DNA from: Tolypothrix carrinoi HA7290-LM1
GTDB lineage: Bacteria; Cyanobacteriota; Cyanobacteriia; Cyanobacteriales; Nostocaceae
NCBI GenBank assembly: GCA_019358935.1
Contig: JAHHIK010000007.1
Span: forward strand, 32,001 to 96,000
Direction: 5' to 3'
DNA: 64,000 nucleotides
This document shows, piece after piece, positions 49,492 through 59,844 of this stretch. Made by a program: the position numbers and the translations under genes. Every line of letters begins with the position of its first letter. Positions within the stretch are counted from its first letter, which is position 1. The notes under the pieces are model-generated. The model ran no database searches, had not been told where the DNA came from, and saw only the letters and a list, made by a program, of their open reading frames with translations.

Positions 49492-50520
49492 ATGCAGATG
49501 GGAGTGATTGGTCTAGGACGTATGGGTGCGAACATTGTTCGGCGACTGCTGCAAAACAATCATGAATGTGTAGTGTTCAATCGCACACCTGACAAAGTGA
49601 AACTACTTGCATCAGAAGGGGCGATCGGCACTTACAGCTTGGATGATTTTGTCCAGAAGCTCAATAAACCTCGTGCGATTTGGTTGATGGTGCCAGCCGG
49701 AGAACCAACCGAGCAGATGGTGAAGGAACTGGCTGCAAAACTGCATTCCGGCGATATCTTAATTGATGGCGGCAACTCTTACTACATTGACGATATTCGA
49801 CGGGCAAATGATCTGATGCAAAAGGGCATTCACTACCTAGATGTGGGAACCAGTGGCGGAGTGTGGGGTTTGGAGCGGGGTTATTGCATGATGATTGGTG
49901 GATCTCAGATGGTGGTTCAGTATCTCGATCCCATTTTTAAATCATTAGCTCCCGGACGGGGTGATATTCCGCGTACTGTTGGACGGGAAAAGGTAGGCGG
50001 TACGGCTGAAGAAGGCTATCTGCACTGCGGATCGAATGGGGCGGGGCATTTTGTCAAGATGGTGCATAATGGCATCGAATATGGCTTAATGGCAGCCTAC
50101 GCAGAAGGATTGAATATCTTGCATCACGCCAATGTGGGTAAGCAGAACCGTGTGGCTAATGCTGAAACGACCCCCCTCCGCAATCCTGAACACTATCAGT
50201 ATGACTTGAATCTGCCTGATATTGCCGAAGTTTGGCGACGGGGCAGTGTAATTGCCTCCTGGCTACTGGATCTAACTGCGATCGCCCTCCTGGAACAACC
50301 AGACCTATCAGGCTTTGGGGGGCGCGTGTCTGATTCAGGCGAAGGACGCTGGACGATCGCAGCCGCCATTGACGAAGGCACTCCCGTTCCTGTACTCAGC
50401 GCAGCCCTGTATCAACGGTTTAGCTCACGCGGCGAAAATGATTTTGCGGATAAGCTGTTGTCTGCCATGCGTTTCCAGTTTGGCGGACACGTAGAACAAC
50501 AGGCGGAGATAAAATCATGA
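49492..50520 (+). CDS. gnd: 6-phosphogluconate dehydrogenase (decarboxylating, short YqeC type)
   Basis: [49 protein letters not shown]. Confidence 0.93.
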   Translation: MQMGVIGLGRMGANIVRRLLQNNHECVVFNRTPDKVKLLASEGAIGTYSLDDFVQKLNKPRAIWLMVPAGEPTEQMVKELAAKLHSGDILIDGGNSYYIDDIRRANDLMQKGIHYLDVGTSGGVWGLERGYCMMIGGSQMVVQYLDPIFKSLAPGRGDIPRTVGREKVGGTAEEGYLHCGSNGAGHFVKMVHNGIEYGLMAAYAEGLNILHHANVGKQNRVANAETTPLRNPEHYQYDLNLPDIAEVWRRGSVIASWLLDLTAIALLEQPDLSGFGGRVSDSGEGRWTIAAAIDEGTPVPVLSAALYQRFSSRGENDFADKLLSAMRFQFGGHVEQQAEIKS

Positions 50521-50933
50521 CGATTGCCACTGCACCTCAGTCTCAAGTTGAAAGCTCGGTTCATCCGGCTGAACCTTTTGTGATCGTCATCTTTGGTGCT
50601 GCCGGAGATTTAACCAAGCGTCTGCTGATCCCTGCCCTTTATAACTTGAAACGCAGTAATTTACTGCCACAGGAGTTTGCGATCGTTGGGATTGCTCACA
50701 CTCCCATGAGCCAAGACGACTTTCGCAGCCAACTCAATCGGGATATCCACGAATTCGCAACGGTTGCGGTTGACGATCGCCTCTGGCAGCAGATCGAGCA
50801 GCGATCGTACTATCTTCAAGGTAAATTTCAGAATGAAACAGTCTGTCTAAGAGATTCTAGTTTACTCCTGCGGCACATTCCTCACCATCAGGTGCATTGG
50901 TTTTGCCGACGCTGTTGGCAAGATATGTCGTAA
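50517..50933 (+). pseudogene. zwf: Truncated glucose-6-phosphate dehydrogenase fused to an unrelated tail
   Basis: VIFGAAGDLTKRLLIPALY N-terminus only (~105 aa); the catalytic RIDHYLGK region is absent. Confidence 0.85.
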
Positions 50934-50981
50934 GCGGAAAGGAAAGAAGTTTTACCAAACAATAATTTTAGGAGAAACACA

Positions 50982-51929
50982 ATGACTCATCGAGTAAAAG
51001 AAATTCTCAGTTGGTATGGCAGCGACAATCCCGGAACGTTGACTAATTTAGCTCGGTTGCTGAATCATGGCAAACTAGCTGGAACTGGCAAAGTCGTCAT
51101 GCTGCCTGTGGATCAAGGCTTTGAGCATGGGCCAGCTAGCAGTTTTGCGCCCAATCCACCAGCCTATGATCCTCGCTATCATTTTGAGTTAGCGATCGCA
51201 GCAGGATGCAATGCCTATGCCGCACCGTTAGGATTTTTGGAAGCGGGAGCGCGAGAATTTGCAGGTGAAATTCCCCTAATTCTGAAAGCCAATGATCACG
51301 ATGTGTTACTAGCTGAGTCAGACCCAACGCAAGCACTCACTGGCAGCGTGGAGGATGCGCTGAGGTTAGGATGTGTGGGGATCGGTTTCACTATCTATCC
51401 AGGTTCAGCCCATCGGTTTGAGATGTATCAGCAGATTCGAGCCTGTGCCGAGGTAGCAAAGCGGCATGGATTGGTCGTGATGATTTGGTCTTATGCGCGG
51501 GGATCGGGTTTAAGTAAAGTGGGTGAGACAGCGATCGATGTGATTGGCTATGCGGCTCAGATTGCGGCTCAATTGGGCGCTCACATCATCAAAGTGAAAC
51601 TGCCCAACGAACACGTTGAACAGGATGCAGCCCGCAAGGTGTATGAGCAAGAGCAAATTCCGATCGCAACATTATCTGAACGAGTGCATCATGTGGTGCA
51701 ATGTGCCTTTAACGGACGGCGGATTGTCATTTTTTCGGGTGGGCCGATCGACAGTGATAATGCTTTCCTCAATGAAGTTCGTGCCATTAATGCCGGACAT
51801 GGATTTGGTTCGATTATCGGACGCAATTCTTTCCAGCGTTCTAAGCCAGATGCACTGCGATTGCTCAACACAATCATGGATATTTACAGTGGACAGTCTG
51901 AGACCATTCGCACTCCTGCACTGACCTAA
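50982..51929 (+). CDS. fbaB: Class I fructose-bisphosphate aldolase (DhnA/FbaB type)
   Basis: LPVDQGFEHGP, AQLGAHIIKVK, VIFSGG, GSIIGRN. Confidence 0.92.
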   Translation: MTHRVKEILSWYGSDNPGTLTNLARLLNHGKLAGTGKVVMLPVDQGFEHGPASSFAPNPPAYDPRYHFELAIAAGCNAYAAPLGFLEAGAREFAGEIPLILKANDHDVLLAESDPTQALTGSVEDALRLGCVGIGFTIYPGSAHRFEMYQQIRACAEVAKRHGLVVMIWSYARGSGLSKVGETAIDVIGYAAQIAAQLGAHIIKVKLPNEHVEQDAARKVYEQEQIPIATLSERVHHVVQCAFNGRRIVIFSGGPIDSDNAFLNEVRAINAGHGFGSIIGRNSFQRSKPDALRLLNTIMDIYSGQSETIRTPALT

Positions 51930-51943
51930 TTTGTCTATCAAGA

Positions 51944-51982
51944 CTGTTTTGATGAGTTTGCGATCGAAATCGATCAAAACAG
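51944..51982. terminator. Hairpin downstream of the aldolase gene
   Basis: CTGTTTTGAT...ATCAAAACAG. Confidence 0.45.
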
Positions 51983-52109
51983 CCTAAAAATTGGGTTTGT
52001 TGTCTCTATTACGAACCGACTCCTCACCTTGAAGCAATCTTCCCCACCCCAATATGCCTGACTTTTTTCATCGCTTGCATTTCTCTACTGCTGCCAGGAA
52101 AGCTAGATC

Positions 52110-53087
52110 ATGAGAAAATCACGTCCAAAGCCTACCCTATTGAAAGATTATCGTCCCATCATTCCTGCTTCCTTTTTTGGCATGATTCTGGGTTTGGCAG
52201 GATTAGGTAGTTGCTGGCGAGTAGCTGCTAAACTTTGGCACTTGCCTACCTGGATTAGCGAAGCAATTATGTTGCTGACAATTGCAATCTGGCTCGTGTT
52301 GTTGCTGCTTTATGTGGGTAAATGGCTGTGGGCGAGAGCAGATGCCTTAGCTGAATTTGAGCATCCTGTTTTGTGTTGCTTTATCAGCTTAGTGCCTGTG
52401 TCTACGATGTTTGTGGCGCTAGCGATCGCACCCTACTCTCATGCGATCGCCATCACATTATTTGTTGTCGGTGCAATTGGTCAGTTAAGCTTTGGCGTGT
52501 ATCGTTCCGGTCAGCTATGGATGGGAGGACGTAAGCCAGAAATAATTACACCCATTCTCTACCTCTCTACAGTCGCGGGTAGTTTTGTCAGTGCGATCGT
52601 TGCTAGTACCCTCGGTTATCGAGAGTGGGGCCAGTTGTTTTTTGGAGGAGGGCTGTTTTCGTGGCTAGCACTGGAGTCCATGATTATGCAGCGCCTCTAC
52701 TTGTTAGAAGCATTGCCTAAACCACTACGTCCAACGCTGGGCATTCAACTTGCCCCCCCTGTCGTTGGCTGTGTTGCTTATTTGAGTATCACCAGTGGTC
52801 AGCCTGATGCCTTTGCTCAGTTCCTCTTCGGCTATGGACTGTTGCAAGGGCTGATTCTACTGCGGCTGCTACCGTGGTTGTTTCAACAACCCTTTACAGC
52901 TACCTACTGGGCGTTCACCCTCGGCATTGCCGCCTTGTCGCTGGCATCCTTGCGCCTTGTTGAACGCGGCATGACTGGAATGATGCAAGAATTGGCACTA
53001 CTGCTATTCATAAGCGCAAATATTGCGGTCGGCAGTATTGCTTTAGGGACAGTGTGGCTCTTGCTGCGGGGCAAATTACTAAGCTAA
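52110..53087 (+). CDS. tehA: TehA/SLAC1 (TDT-family) anion channel/transporter
   Basis: PASFFGMILGLAGLG, EFEHPV, LRPTLGIQLAPP, YWAFT; about ten TMs. Confidence 0.88.
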   Translation: MRKSRPKPTLLKDYRPIIPASFFGMILGLAGLGSCWRVAAKLWHLPTWISEAIMLLTIAIWLVLLLLYVGKWLWARADALAEFEHPVLCCFISLVPVSTMFVALAIAPYSHAIAITLFVVGAIGQLSFGVYRSGQLWMGGRKPEIITPILYLSTVAGSFVSAIVASTLGYREWGQLFFGGGLFSWLALESMIMQRLYLLEALPKPLRPTLGIQLAPPVVGCVAYLSITSGQPDAFAQFLFGYGLLQGLILLRLLPWLFQQPFTATYWAFTLGIAALSLASLRLVERGMTGMMQELALLLFISANIAVGSIALGTVWLLLRGKLLS

Positions 53088-53127
53088 CGATCATTCATTT
53101 TTCCAGAACATATTGGGAGTAGAACTT

Positions 53128-53238
53128 ATGGCTGCAACAACTAAGCAAAATAACACTAAATCGTTCGTTTACTCAACTCGAATTGATATTCCTGTAGAAA
53201 TCCGATCGCAACTAGATAACCCAAGTTGCGGGTTATAA
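53128..53238 (+). pseudogene. dps: 5' stub of a Dps-family gene
   Basis: MAATTKQNNTKSFVYSTRIDIPVEIRSQL resembles Dps N-termini; GGGAG RBS; similarity ends abruptly near 53215. Confidence 0.55.
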
Positions 53239-53542
53239 AATTCTGAATACTTCGTGACCATTGATTTAAACAAATGCACATGAAAAATTGGCGGTGGCGT
53301 TATGGCTACCGAAAATTAGAGTCAAGCTAAGATCAGAGCATTAAATTATTTTAATGTATTAAAATTAACTGATTAAATAAATGCTTTTTGGAGAGTAAAT
53401 GCCAAAATAAATACTTGAAGTTTCAGCAAAAAACTTGGCAAACTACAAGCATGAATCGATTTAGGAAAATCCCTTATTGTCTCACTAAAAACCGTTTCGA
53501 TGTAATGCCGAGTATGTTGTTTAATAGGGTTCCAATTTGATT

Positions 53543-54493
53543 TTAATTATGCAAAGAATTATGGGCTTCATTGAGTTTGTTGGCTGATTCTTCTAATAAG
53601 CGTTGTTCATAAGCATTTCTTGATAACAGCAGTTGGCGCTCAATACCTGTTGAGCCAATGATACATGGAAGTCCAAGAACAACTTCACTGCCAACTCCAT
53701 AGTTAGAATCTGCTCTGGCCGATACTGGAAATATCTGCTTTTCATCTCGCAGGATGGTATCAACTAACTGACAAACTACTGTTGATATACCATAGCTTGT
53801 ATTTCCTTTGCGTTCAAAAATGTTATAGCCTCGTTTACGAGTTAACTGTGCGTACTCTTGCTGAATTTGTTCTAGCGTTGTTCCTTGTGGTATGGGAAAT
53901 TCAGTTAACAGAATTCCCCCAATAAATGCACTAGACCAAACCACAAATTCACTGTCTCCATGCTCTCCAATCACATAAGCATGAACGTCAAGTTTTGCAA
54001 CATTCAGTCGCTTTCCAAGTTGATATCTCAGTCTAGCAGTATCAAGAACGGTTCCCGAACCGAAAATTAGGTTTTCTGCTCTGGTGGAAGTAGCGATCGC
54101 AATCCGCGTTAGTACATCCACTGGATTGCTAATGATAAGTACGATTGAATTCGGTGCAACTCGATCCAATTCTTTGATTGTCGAACGTATAATCTCTGCA
54201 TTGTCGCTCAATGTATCTAATCGGGTCTGTCCTTGTTTCGGCTGCACCCCAGCAGTCACAATAATGATATCTGAATCAGCTAAGTCTTCATACTGATTTG
54301 ATGGTATAATCTCCATTTCTTTAAGTAGGGGAATGCTGTCTTCGATATCCCATACTTGCCCTTCAGCTTTTGATAAGGTTCGGTCAAAAAGGACAACCCT
54401 TACACATCTACCGAGTAGAACTAAAGCATTTGCAACGTCTGCACCTACATTACCTGCACCAATAATACCGACTTTAGATGTTTTACTAATCAT
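53543..54493 (-). CDS. ldh: L-lactate/malate dehydrogenase-family protein
   Basis: IIGAGNVG, VTAG, QTRLD, ISNPVD, GSGTVLDTARLR, VIGEHGDS. Confidence 0.88.
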   Translation of the reverse strand: MISKTSKVGIIGAGNVGADVANALVLLGRCVRVVLFDRTLSKAEGQVWDIEDSIPLLKEMEIIPSNQYEDLADSDIIIVTAGVQPKQGQTRLDTLSDNAEIIRSTIKELDRVAPNSIVLIISNPVDVLTRIAIATSTRAENLIFGSGTVLDTARLRYQLGKRLNVAKLDVHAYVIGEHGDSEFVVWSSAFIGGILLTEFPIPQGTTLEQIQQEYAQLTRKRGYNIFERKGNTSYGISTVVCQLVDTILRDEKQIFPVSARADSNYGVGSEVVLGLPCIIGSTGIERQLLLSRNAYEQRLLEESANKLNEAHNSLHN

Positions 54494-54509
54494 GCTATAT
54501 CTACTTTTT

Positions 54510-55961
54510 TCAAGAGTGAAATGTCGTTTGTTTGGTAAATCCTTGGGTCTGCAATTGCTGTCTCCTTACAACGAGCGAAAACAATATATTTAATCCTTCG
54601 GTCATCGTGGGATGAGTCAAAATACCATCGCGTAGAACGGTGTAGGGCATCTGAGCTTGCATCACCATCTGCACCGTTGAAATCACTTCACCTGCTTCAT
54701 GACACAACAAGGAACACCCTAGAATACGATCTGTATCTGCATCCACAATCGCCTTCAAAAGTCCATCGGTTTGACCGAGTGTTCTTGCTCTAGGAACGGC
54801 TGACGCATCCACCTTCGCCACGCGGATAGCATATCCTTGTTGCTGTGCTTCAGTTTCAGTCAAACCCACATGAGCCAGTTCTGGATCGATGAACAGACAG
54901 GATGGAACCAATCGATCCCGTGTACTACAGTTGCCCCCATCAATTAAATTAGCTTTGATAATGCGATAATCATCGAGCGATATATGAGTGTATTGCGGGC
55001 CGCCGTTGATGTCGCCTAACGCCCAAATCCCCGGAATGTTCGTCTCTAAGCGATCATTGACTTGAATAAATCCGCGTGTATCGGTTGCCACACCAGCAGC
55101 AGCTAAATTTAAGCTATCGATATTGGGCGCACGACCAACGGCGACGAGCAAATGCGACCCTTGGAGCGTGATTTCACGATCGCCAACTTGGATTTGAAGG
55201 ATGGTTTCATTACCAGTGCAATCAACCCTCAACACCTTCGCCTTCAACAAGAATTCAATACCATCTTGTTCTAGCAGTGTTTGAACTGCGATCGCTATAT
55301 CTGGATCTTGCTGTGACAGGATTTGCTCACTTTGCCCAATGACAGTAACGCCAGAGCCAAAGCGCCGAAACATCTGGGCAAACTCTAAACCAATATAGCT
55401 ACTACCGAGAACGATCAGGTGTTTAGGCAGGTGTTCTAGCTCCATAATCGATTCACTCGTTAAAAACTCAACTTCTGTGAGTCCGGGAATGGATGGAATT
55501 AACGGTCGTGTGCCTGTATTAATAAATAACCGTTCGGCGGTAAGTAAGCGATTGTTCCCCTCAGTCGTCGTTACTGCGATCGTTTTGGGAGCAACAAAGC
55601 GGGCTGTACCAATGATCAGTTCGTGACCCAAAGCAGTTTCTAAATTGTGCAAGTTCATTTCACGCATCCCTTGCACAACCGATCGTTTTCGTTGGATCAC
55701 CTCTGCTAAATTAACGCTGGGTGTATTGGTTTTAACCCCATAAGCGGCACTTTTTCGCACTGTGTTTGCTACATTGGCACTCGCCACCATAGTTTTAGTA
55801 GGAATGCAGGCAATATTAATGCACCCGCCACCAATCATGTTTAAGCTGCGTTCAACCAGAGCGGTTTTACGTCCGTCAGCAACCAGCGCTGGTGCCAGTG
55901 TTTTACCCGCTTTGCCGCCGCCGATAATAATGTCGTCATAGTGTTGAGTGTCCACTTCCAT
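54510..55961 (-). CDS. Pyridine nucleotide-disulphide oxidoreductase (RclA/MerA-like clade)
   Basis: GGGKAG, GGGCINIACIPTK redox pair, WALGD, THPT; no metal-binding N-terminal domain and no C-terminal Cys pair. Confidence 0.88.
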   Translation of the reverse strand: MEVDTQHYDDIIIGGGKAGKTLAPALVADGRKTALVERSLNMIGGGCINIACIPTKTMVASANVANTVRKSAAYGVKTNTPSVNLAEVIQRKRSVVQGMREMNLHNLETALGHELIIGTARFVAPKTIAVTTTEGNNRLLTAERLFINTGTRPLIPSIPGLTEVEFLTSESIMELEHLPKHLIVLGSSYIGLEFAQMFRRFGSGVTVIGQSEQILSQQDPDIAIAVQTLLEQDGIEFLLKAKVLRVDCTGNETILQIQVGDREITLQGSHLLVAVGRAPNIDSLNLAAAGVATDTRGFIQVNDRLETNIPGIWALGDINGGPQYTHISLDDYRIIKANLIDGGNCSTRDRLVPSCLFIDPELAHVGLTETEAQQQGYAIRVAKVDASAVPRARTLGQTDGLLKAIVDADTDRILGCSLLCHEAGEVISTVQMVMQAQMPYTVLRDGILTHPTMTEGLNILFSLVVRRQQLQTQGFTKQTTFHS

Positions 55962-56128
55962 ATCCTTATGGGTTTGATCGGGTGAATACGATTTTTAGAA
56001 GTTGTTATGAATTTTAGAAAAACTGGCTGACTAAGAGGGTTTTAGCAATAACGTATTTGGCGAGTGTAACTCAAGATGCTTGCCAAACGCTGGGTTGACA
56101 AAAAGTGCATAACACCCGTGCTTAGGAT

Positions 56129-56494
56129 TCAACTTTTTCTACAAGCTTGCTTCATCAAGATACGGTTGTTTTTATACACCTCTAAAGTTCCAGACTGCGG
56201 GTTATCCAACGTGCCATCCCACACCCAATATTCATAAATTCCACTCCGAAACTTATACACTCGAACACCTTCTGTCGCTTGGCTAGTTCCTTTGCCCAAA
56301 CTTAAATTACCATTGGGACTGGTCGCGCGATAAAGCAGTTCACCGGAAGTATAATTCTGCCAAATATTGATGTTGTACCCACCCTGGCATTTTGTACTCA
56401 GGATGATGCCAGCAGTAGAATCAGCAGAAGCTCTTAAGGAAAAATTAGCTAAGATACTGATTGGCAGAGCCAGGAGTAACGCGGATGTTTTCAT
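56129..56494 (-). CDS. Hypothetical secreted protein
   Basis: MKTSALLLALPISILANFSLRASA signal peptide; likely start at the later ATG. Confidence 0.7.
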   Translation of the reverse strand: MKTSALLLALPISILANFSLRASADSTAGIILSTKCQGGYNINIWQNYTSGELLYRATSPNGNLSLGKGTSQATEGVRVYKFRSGIYEYWVWDGTLDNPQSGTLEVYKNNRILMKQACRKS

Positions 56495-56697
56495 AAGTTT
56501 TGTAAAATTAATAAGTTTGACATTACTCGATTGCTGCAACAACTTCATCTGTAGAAAGGACTGCATTGGCGATATATCCAAAGTTGATCAGTGCTGCCTT
56601 ATAGCCGTCACCCAGTTTTGGATGGGGAGGGGCTGCTGTTGCATCCTTAATGCTGTTTCAAAAACGCCAAAGTGCGAGCGCGTGCTAATTCTGCAAC

Positions 56698-57102
56698 TTA
56701 TTGGCGATCGTCGGAACTAAGTGCTTGATAGATTAAAGGTGCAATGATAGCGATATTTTTCACCAACTCATCGGAGAGAGAAAATCGCTGTTTTAAGTAA
56801 TTAGGATCGTTGTAACTCACCCACACCTTGCCGTCAGTCGCTTCCCATGCCAGTACTTTCAGGGGTAAATCCAGGGCGATCGTTGGTTCTGCCACCATGA
56901 GGGAAGTTCCGGCTTTCGGGTTGCCAAACAGCAACAACTGTGTAGGACACAGGCTTAGTCCGACTTTTTCGGCTTCAGCCTGTTGATCGATGCGGGCAAA
57001 AATGGTGATGCCTTTGACTTCAAGGACGGCTTCTAATCGATCAATGGTTACAGGCACTGAATATTGACTGAGCTGGCTAATGATGCCGTTGTTTGCATTC
57101 AT
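56698..57102 (-). CDS. DUF302-family protein
   Basis: IFARID, LLLFGNPKAGT, LDLPLKVLAWE. Confidence 0.85.
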   Translation of the reverse strand: MNANNGIISQLSQYSVPVTIDRLEAVLEVKGITIFARIDQQAEAEKVGLSLCPTQLLLFGNPKAGTSLMVAEPTIALDLPLKVLAWEATDGKVWVSYNDPNYLKQRFSLSDELVKNIAIIAPLIYQALSSDDRQ

Positions 57103-57154
57103 AGCAGTGGACTTCTTGTAGGATAAAAACTGGGTGATATGGTCGTTGGGCTTT

Positions 57155-57634
57155 TCAAAGATTGAGGTCTGACAATCCTGGATGATCGTCAGGACGACGA
57201 CCTAGTATCCAGTGGTATTTGCGTTCGCTTTGGTGAATTGGCAGGTCGTTGATGCTGGCAATACGCCATCGCATGAATCCATGTTCGTCAAACTCCCAAT
57301 TCTCATTGCCGTAAGAGCGAAACCAGTTGCCGGAATCATCATGCCATTCGTAAGCAAATCGGACAGCAATGCGGTTGTCTTGAAAAGCCCAAAGCTCTTT
57401 TATCAGACGGTAGTCCAATTCTTTAAGCCACTTACGTGTCAAGAACTGAACGATCGCCTCACGACCAGATAGAAATTCTGAGCGGTTGCGCCAAATGCTA
57501 TCCGACGTGTAAGCGAGTGATACTAGTTCAGGGTTGCGTGTGTTCCAAGCATCCTCTGCAATTCGGACTTTTTGGATAGCGGATTCATTATCAAAAGGCG
57601 GCAGGGGTAGTCGAGAATTTTCAGGGTTGTTCAT
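57155..57634 (-). CDS. DUF1348 / SnoaL-like (NTF2-fold) protein
   Basis: [35 protein letters not shown]. Confidence 0.9.
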   Translation of the reverse strand: MNNPENSRLPLPPFDNESAIQKVRIAEDAWNTRNPELVSLAYTSDSIWRNRSEFLSGREAIVQFLTRKWLKELDYRLIKELWAFQDNRIAVRFAYEWHDDSGNWFRSYGNENWEFDEHGFMRWRIASINDLPIHQSERKYHWILGRRPDDHPGLSDLNL

Positions 57635-57728
57635 AGTATGTAAGCGGTAGAATCGCGATTCTCGTTCCGAGAGGCTTCTCTACGAGACGCTCCGCGAACG
57701 CCAACGTCTCAGCATGGTTAGATTAAAA

Positions 57729-57822
57729 TTACAGCAGATTTCAAGTTGGTGGAGTACACAAACTAAGTCCCAAAGCCAGGTATGAACCCTGTTTTACTTC
57801 TGGATTCTGAATTCTGCTGTAA
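57729..57822. mobile_element. Short MITE-like inverted-repeat element
   Basis: TTACAGCAGATTTCA...TGAATTCTGCTGTAA. Confidence 0.55.
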
Positions 57823-57864
57823 GTGCGTGCCGACCGAATTACCTCAAAAGCAGTTTAATACAGA

Positions 57865-57945
57865 TCAATGACTACCACCCGCGATGTGCAGCGTTTCCCC
57901 AGATGCCCCCGTCACAACTGCGATTTTTCCCTCTAGTTTTTTCAT
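57865..57945 (-). pseudogene. Short-chain dehydrogenase collapsed by an in-frame internal deletion
   Basis: [15 protein letters not shown] joined to GETLHIAGGSH*. Confidence 0.75.
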
Positions 57946-58337
57946 GATGATTTCTTAGGATCGGGCAGCGTGAACTCTACAGTTTCGCTAGTGATTACTT
58001 TGTGCGTGGGGTCAGCTAGTTCGATCAGCACCTTGTGTACGCCAGGTTCTAGTCCGACCAGGATGATAGTTTCCCCACTGGAATCTACAAAGTGCCACGG
58101 CGCGTCGTCAACGGTGATGTGGATATGACCGATGCGCGGCGATACTTCGAGAGCACCTTTGCCAAACACTGGCAACACACGCAAATTCTCCGTCCGGTAC
58201 TGGATGAAGACGCGTCCCTGTGCTAGCGGTTCGGGAAGCGGTGGATCGACAATCAGCTTGGGTGGTGCTTCGTTTTCAATCGCAATCAACGGTGATGATC
58301 CGATAATGTCCCTAGCGCTCGGTGTGTGGCTGTTCAT
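57942..58337 (-). CDS. DUF6130-like hypothetical protein
   Basis: LIVDPPLPEPLAQG, SPRIGHIHITVDD, LIELADPTH. Confidence 0.8.
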   Translation of the reverse strand: MNSHTPSARDIIGSSPLIAIENEAPPKLIVDPPLPEPLAQGRVFIQYRTENLRVLPVFGKGALEVSPRIGHIHITVDDAPWHFVDSSGETIILVGLEPGVHKVLIELADPTHKVITSETVEFTLPDPKKSS

Positions 58338-58410
58338 AGCAGGTAATTACCTGAGAGTAGTTTGTATTACGATCGAATGGCACTAAGAAAAGCGGAAAGG
58401 CTTATCAATG

Positions 58411-58592
58411 AATGGCACTAAGATAAGCCGAAAGTCTTGTTTCACCTCGTTCCCAGCCTGTAGGCTGGGAATGTATTTCGAGAGGCTCTGCCTCTGATCA
58501 AGCCTTTGGAGGCGGAGGCTCTTAGAATTAGTTCCTAGCCTGGAGGCTGGGAACCAGTCACAGCAAGGGCTGTGTCTTAACTTAATGCCATT
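58411..58592. mobile_element. MITE-like palindromic repeat element
   Basis: AATGGCACTAAGATAAG...CTTAACTTAATGCCATT ends with internal TTCCCAGCCT..AGGCTGGGAA hairpins; related right-end remnant at ~62197-62241. Confidence 0.65.
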
Positions 58593-58682
58593 TCGCTTTA
58601 CCCTTTTCCCCTACGCTAACTCGGTAAGCAGCAAAGCGATGGAAGAGCGTCTTTTCCTTTCCCCAAAAACATCGATCGCATC

Positions 58683-59678
58683 CTATTGCAGATGTTTTTT
58701 CAATTCAGCAGCAGCTTGAACAAACAGAGAGCGGACTTCTGGCAGCTCGGCTAAACCATTGAGCAGTCCAAAGTCATGAATCATGCCGTTGTACTGCACC
58801 GTTGTCACCTCTACCCCAGCTTCATCGAGCTTGCGTCCGTAGGCTGTGCCTTCGTCATGCAAAATATCGCTCTCTGCAACCACAATTAATGCTGGAGGCA
58901 AGCCTTTCAGTTGCTCAACCGTCGCTTGTAAGGGAGATGCGTAAATGTCTTTGCGCTTTTCTGGGTCAGCGATGTACAAGTCATACATCCACTTCATCGT
59001 GGGTGCGGTTAGGTACCGTTTGTCGCCGAATTGATGATAAGAATTCGTTTCAAAATCGGCATCGACGATCGGCCACATCATGATTTGTAGCTTGATGTGT
59101 GGTCCTCCGTTTTCTTTCGCCTTCAAAGCAGTGACTGCTGTCATATTTCCGCCGACACTGTTGCCGACCACTGCCAGATTCTTGCCATCCACCCCAATCT
59201 CCTCACCATGCTCGGCAACCCATTTGGTCGCAGCATAAATCTCATTGATCGCCTGTGGGTACTGAGCATCTGGCGTGCGCGTGTAGTTGACAAAGACCCC
59301 TGCAAACCCTGAAAGCACAACCAGATCGCGAACCATGCGCTTGTGTGTTGGATAATCACCCAACACCCAACCACCACCATGAATAAAGATGAAAACAGGC
59401 AATGTGCCTTTGACGCCTTCCGGTCGCACGATATTGAGCGTAATCGAATAACCGTCAGCGATAATTTTCTTCTCAGACTCTTCAATGCCTGAAAGGTCTA
59501 CTGGAACAGAAGCCTGTGCATCCACGAGTACTTGACGTGCTTCGAGTGCAGTGAGTGTCTCCAGCGGCACACCTCCTGAATTCAGCACTTTCAAAAATTC
59601 CTTCACCCCACTGGAAAGACGTGGATCATCTGCAACTTCCAAAATTTTTGCTGCTGGCGAGTTTGTTTGAGCAACCAT
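58683..59678 (-). CDS. Alpha/beta hydrolase (HSL-family esterase/lipase)
   Basis: HGGGW, GNSVGG, DILHDEG, HDF; AAGGAG RBS before the ATG at 59678. Confidence 0.9.
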   Translation of the reverse strand: MVAQTNSPAAKILEVADDPRLSSGVKEFLKVLNSGGVPLETLTALEARQVLVDAQASVPVDLSGIEESEKKIIADGYSITLNIVRPEGVKGTLPVFIFIHGGGWVLGDYPTHKRMVRDLVVLSGFAGVFVNYTRTPDAQYPQAINEIYAATKWVAEHGEEIGVDGKNLAVVGNSVGGNMTAVTALKAKENGGPHIKLQIMMWPIVDADFETNSYHQFGDKRYLTAPTMKWMYDLYIADPEKRKDIYASPLQATVEQLKGLPPALIVVAESDILHDEGTAYGRKLDEAGVEVTTVQYNGMIHDFGLLNGLAELPEVRSLFVQAAAELKKHLQ

Positions 59679-59844
59679 GACATTCTCCTTTGATAAGTAG
59701 TAAACAATCTGTTGAAATGACACTGTTAAGTGAATTGATTTAACAGTGATACTTGATTCAGCAGTGATTGTGGAATGGCAATCACTTTCTACCGACATCG
59801 TTTCCCAGCCGGAATTATTTGTTACTGGTGAAAAGGTTGTCGAC

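Noticed and set aside
54510..55961. Mercuric reductase merA
   Set aside because: No N-terminal metal-binding domain, no C-terminal Cys-Cys pair and no mer operon genes.
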